Assembly (NCBI GenBank): GCA_036383515.1
Contig: DASVOE010000077.1
Coordinates: forward strand, 7,741 to 71,740
DNA: 64,000 nucleotides
DNA from: Chitinophagaceae bacterium
GTDB lineage: Bacteria > Bacteroidota > Bacteroidia > Chitinophagales > Chitinophagaceae
Direction: 5' to 3'
Shown here: piece after piece, positions 61,285-64,000 of the stretch
How the letters are laid out: the number at the start of each line of letters is the position of its first letter
Numbering within the stretch: the first letter of the stretch is position 1
Made by a program: the position numbers and the translations under genes
The notes under the pieces: generated by a model
What the model was told of the DNA's origin: nothing
What the model saw: only the letters and a program-made list of their open reading frames with translations
The model's database searches: none

Positions 61285-62025
61285 GTGGGTAACTATACTA
61301 TTACTGCACCAGGGCAAACCTATAAAGTGTATATTGGCCTCACTAAAGCATCTTCATCCGACAGGACAGTTAATGTAGCAGTGACCTCACCCACAGGAGC
61401 TGCACAAGGAGCACAATATTCTTTGAGTGCCAGTTCTGTTACATTTAAAGCGGGTAGTGTTATTGACAGTATTGTAGTAACAGCTGTATATAACGCTTAT
61501 GTTTCTGGCAGAAAGGATACGCTTAATTTTGCTTTCACCAATGCAGATGATGGTTTAGTTTCTTTAAGTAATAGTTTTAAATTACGTGTAAGAGGACCCT
61601 GCTTTGAAGGTGATCCCGAGCTAAATGCTTTTAAGTTTACCTATCCTCAAACACATGAATTATTTGGAACCAGTGCTTATGGACCGTATACTACCACCAT
61701 TTCTGCTGTAACTCCGCTTACTGCGACTACTGGAAAAATTACTGTTACCAATATTTGGGATTTTGGCTGGGGACCAATAGATTTTATATTAGATTGGACA
61801 AATCCTGCTAACAGAACTGTTACTGTTGTTCCAGCAACAAGCGGCATTGCTGATGCCGGCACTATAAATTCAGCTTATGCCGGTTCGCAAGTAGCTGTTC
61901 GACCCTTTGCAGGTCAGCCAGGAACGTTTTCGTTTTGTACAGGCACAATTGTTTTGAAAATGCAATTGGGTGTTGCTGGTTTGGGATATTTTGGTAGCTT
62001 GTATACAGTTACACCCGGGAAATAG
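61285..62025 (+). CDS. PUL-associated hypothetical surface lipoprotein (reading frame open from 61171)
   Basis: Beta-rich Ig-like composition. The in-frame upstream segment encodes KSFLAIAILGC (lipobox), but no ATG, GTG or TTG precedes it. The GTG at 61285 is the first canonical start. Confidence 0.6.
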   Translation: MGNYTITAPGQTYKVYIGLTKASSSDRTVNVAVTSPTGAAQGAQYSLSASSVTFKAGSVIDSIVVTAVYNAYVSGRKDTLNFAFTNADDGLVSLSNSFKLRVRGPCFEGDPELNAFKFTYPQTHELFGTSAYGPYTTTISAVTPLTATTGKITVTNIWDFGWGPIDFILDWTNPANRTVTVVPATSGIADAGTINSAYAGSQVAVRPFAGQPGTFSFCTGTIVLKMQLGVAGLGYFGSLYTVTPGK

Positions 62026-62063
62026 TTTGATTTTCTAAAGTTTTTAATTAAGAAAAGAATTAG

Positions 62064-62101
62064 AGCGGGTTGTCTCAAAAGAGACGACCCGCTTATTTTT
62101 T
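62064..62101 (+). terminator. rho-independent terminator
   Basis: AGCGGGTTGTCTC / GAGACGACCCGCT stem with an AAAA loop, followed by TATTTTTT. Confidence 0.8.
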
Positions 62102-62248
62102 AAGCATATATTTTAATGGGCTTCAGTTTTTTGAAATGAGACGACTGCACCTTTTGCAAAATCTATACGTTTGGAACAGTGATAAGTGCTGATGATATAA
62201 ATACTTCAACGAGGCTGGAAATAAATAATTTCATAAGAATATCTATTC

Positions 62249-62284
62249 AACGAGGCGGTGGGAAACCACCGCCTCGTTCTTTTT
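62249..62284 (+). terminator. strong stand-alone rho-independent terminator hairpin upstream of the DUF3467 gene
   Basis: AACGAGGCGGTGG / CCACCGCCTCGTT, a perfect 13-bp stem with a GAAA tetraloop, followed by CTTTTT. No ORF ends in front of it. Confidence 0.7.
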
Positions 62285-62320
62285 AACCCATTTCTAAATA
62301 CCTTCGCCTAAATATCAAAT

Positions 62321-62629
62321 ATGGCTGACGCACAACCCAATCAACTCAACATAGAAATATCCGAGGAAATAGCAGAAGGCTCTTATGCTAACCTGGCTAT
62401 CATTACGCATTCACATGCAGAATTTGTAATTGACTTTGTAAACGTAATGCCCGGCACTCCCAAGAGTAAAGTAAAATCGAGGATCATTCTCACTCCACAG
62501 CATGCTAAGCGGTTTATGAGAGCGATCACAGAAAATATTGAGAAGTATGAGACGGTGAACGGACCCATTAAAGACCTTGAAGAAATTCAGTTGCCTTTGA
62601 ATTTCGGAGGCCCTACTGCGCAGGCATAA
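62321..62629 (+). CDS. DUF3467-domain protein
   Basis: LNIEISEEIAEGSYANLAIITHSHAEFVIDFV pattern recalled for this family. Length is 102 aa. Confidence 0.6.
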   Translation: MADAQPNQLNIEISEEIAEGSYANLAIITHSHAEFVIDFVNVMPGTPKSKVKSRIILTPQHAKRFMRAITENIEKYETVNGPIKDLEEIQLPLNFGGPTAQA

Positions 62630-62709
62630 GTATAGCAAGGTTCGTTAGTTACTGATAGTAATAAACATGCCTTTTTCTGAAATTTATCAGCGGGCTTAAG
62701 TTTGCCAAC

Positions 62710-63402
62710 TTATAAAAGTCCTTCATCGGCAAAACTGTAATAACCATCTTCGCTTACGATAATGTGATCAAGAACTTTGATATCCAGGTAGCTGGCAGCT
62801 TGTTTTATTTTTGTGGTCAACTGTTCATCGGCACGGCTGGGACGCAAGCTACCTGATGGATGATTATGACATAATATAATATTAACGGCGTCCTCTTCTA
62901 ACGCTTTTCTTAAAATTACCCTTGGGTCAGCTACAGTTCCTGTTATACCCCCTTCACTCATGATCTCAAAATGATTGATCTTATTAGCCCTGTTCAGGAA
63001 AAGAACTGCAAACATTTCTCTTCGGTAATCTTTTAGTTTTGTTTGCAGGTAATTGGCAATATCATTGCTGCTTGCCATAACAGACTTATCAAGAGGAAGT
63101 GAATGCTGTCTTCTTCTGCCCAATTCTAATGCAGCAGCGACAGCAATGGCTTTGGCCTCGCCGATACCTTTTATTTTCATCAATTCTTTTATAGACAGCT
63201 TCCCCAATTCGGCAAGATTATCTTTGCCCAATTTCAGTATCTCCCGGCCAAGATCCACCGCAGATTTATCTTTTGTTCCCTTATGAATCAGGATGGCCAG
63301 CAGTTCCGAATGACTGAGGTTTTCTGCACCGGAGAATAGTAATTTTTCCCGTGGCCGATCGTCTTTTGCCCATTGTTTTATTGAGTATTTGTGCTCTTGC
63401 AT
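62710..63402 (-). CDS. radC: RadC-family JAMM-motif protein
   Basis: HhH IKGIGEAKAIAV and JAMM motif ILCHNHPSGSLRPSRAD. Confidence 0.9.
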   Translation of the reverse strand: MQEHKYSIKQWAKDDRPREKLLFSGAENLSHSELLAILIHKGTKDKSAVDLGREILKLGKDNLAELGKLSIKELMKIKGIGEAKAIAVAAALELGRRRQHSLPLDKSVMASSNDIANYLQTKLKDYRREMFAVLFLNRANKINHFEIMSEGGITGTVADPRVILRKALEEDAVNIILCHNHPSGSLRPSRADEQLTTKIKQAASYLDIKVLDHIIVSEDGYYSFADEGLL

Positions 63403-63507
63403 CCAACCAATTTAACAAATAGTTTTATACCCATCAATACTATTAAGTGGTATTGATTAAATGACCTTAAAATCCACCCTATTGAAAAAACTTTAAAACC
63501 AGTACGT

Positions 63508-63723
63508 ATGAAAACCAAGACCTTTACTCCCATGGGAGCTTTACATCCAATTCTTTTTTTTGCCGGCGTTTATGTAGTTGTTTTATTATTCTCCATATTT
63601 ATTTGCTCCGTTCTTTTTTATAGTTGTAATTCCAGTTCTGCGGGCATTAGTAAACAAAACATGTCTAAGGAAAAGCCAGTGATGAGTGGAACGGCCACGA
63701 CTGCTGCGGTAGTGTTGCGCTGA
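63508..63723 (+). CDS. hypothetical small membrane protein
   Basis: One clear TM helix (ILFFAGVYVVVLLFSIFICSVLF), followed by the terminator at 63797-63821. Confidence 0.3.
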   Translation: MKTKTFTPMGALHPILFFAGVYVVVLLFSIFICSVLFYSCNSSSAGISKQNMSKEKPVMSGTATTAAVVLR

Positions 63724-63796
63724 TAATACTCAACGAAACCGATACTTTTAGCAACAGCCGGAAACTGATTGCTCAACAAAATAATACCTAAACTAC

Positions 63797-63821
63797 ATAG
63801 CCATCATGGCTATTTTTTTTG
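63797..63821 (+). terminator. rho-independent terminator
   Basis: ATAGCCAT-c-ATGGCTAT palindrome followed by T8. Confidence 0.6.
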
Positions 63822-63867
63822 TCTGGAAGGAATGCGAATCAGTATCTTCGCCGCACATTTTTCAGTC

Positions 63868-64000
63868 ATGCAATCTGCTAAAATTTTCTCTGGTATTTGC
63901 TCGCAACAACTAACCGAACAGATCTGTAAAAGGTTTGGTACTCAACCTGGTAAGGTCAATATTCAGCGCTTTAGTGATGGTGAGATCTCACCTAATTTTC
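63868..64000 (+). CDS. prs: ribose-phosphate pyrophosphokinase, N-terminal fragment (runs off the window)
   Basis: MQSAKIFSGICSQQLTEQICKRFGTQPGKVNIQRFSDGEI matches the conserved Prs N-terminus. Confidence 0.85.
   Translation, partial: MQSAKIFSGICSQQLTEQICKRFGTQPGKVNIQRFSDGEISPNF

Noticed and set aside
1-64000. Window-wide scan for CRISPR arrays, rRNA or tRNA genes, IS elements, integrases, and defence or toxin-antitoxin gene pairs.
   Set aside because: None was found. There are no spaced direct-repeat arrays, no GTTCGAATC-type T-loops in intergenic DNA, and no transposase, recombinase, nuclease or ATPase defence signatures among the ORFs.

Overview
This is a 64-kb chromosomal window from a Bacteroidota genome, probably a Chitinophagia or Sphingobacteriia-like organism. 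The assignment rests on the T9SS translocon gene sprA after ruvA, two T9SS type-B C-terminal-domain cargo proteins, a SusC/SusD pair, futalosine-pathway mqnB/mqnD, and TAnnTTTG-type -7 promoter boxes. Most of the window is ordinary housekeeping. It covers isoprenoid synthesis, bamD, rpoZ and coaBC, a 3-oxoacid CoA-transferase, a photolyase, and pterin, queuosine and folate genes (two PTPS/QueD paralogs, folE, queE, folD). It also holds fabD, fabH, ruvA, sprA, guaB, dprA, radC and prs. I found no rRNA, tRNA, CRISPR array, transposase, integrase or recognisable defence system. Seven things are not explained by the gene list. (1) A conserved noncoding element, closed by an inverted repeat, occurs twice, each copy upstream of a paralogous orphan NarL-type response regulator. 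Those sit in a cluster of three response regulators with one histidine kinase. (2) An AT-rich SatD-like plus small-membrane-protein pair is translationally coupled to queE and preceded by three tandem ~28-bp repeats. (3) A GC-rich multi-hairpin palindromic element is inserted in frame inside an alpha/beta hydrolase gene. (4) A predicted outer-membrane beta-barrel carries an N-terminal ComEA-like helix-hairpin-helix region and is translationally coupled to a second small barrel. (5) A strong stand-alone terminator with no upstream gene sits in front of a DUF3467 gene. (6) A PUL-associated lipoprotein encodes its lipobox upstream of any canonical start codon. (7) A perfect 14-bp palindrome lies between a PAS-LuxR regulator and a vanadium-haloperoxidase-like gene. 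All functional interpretations are hypotheses. No database search could be run.
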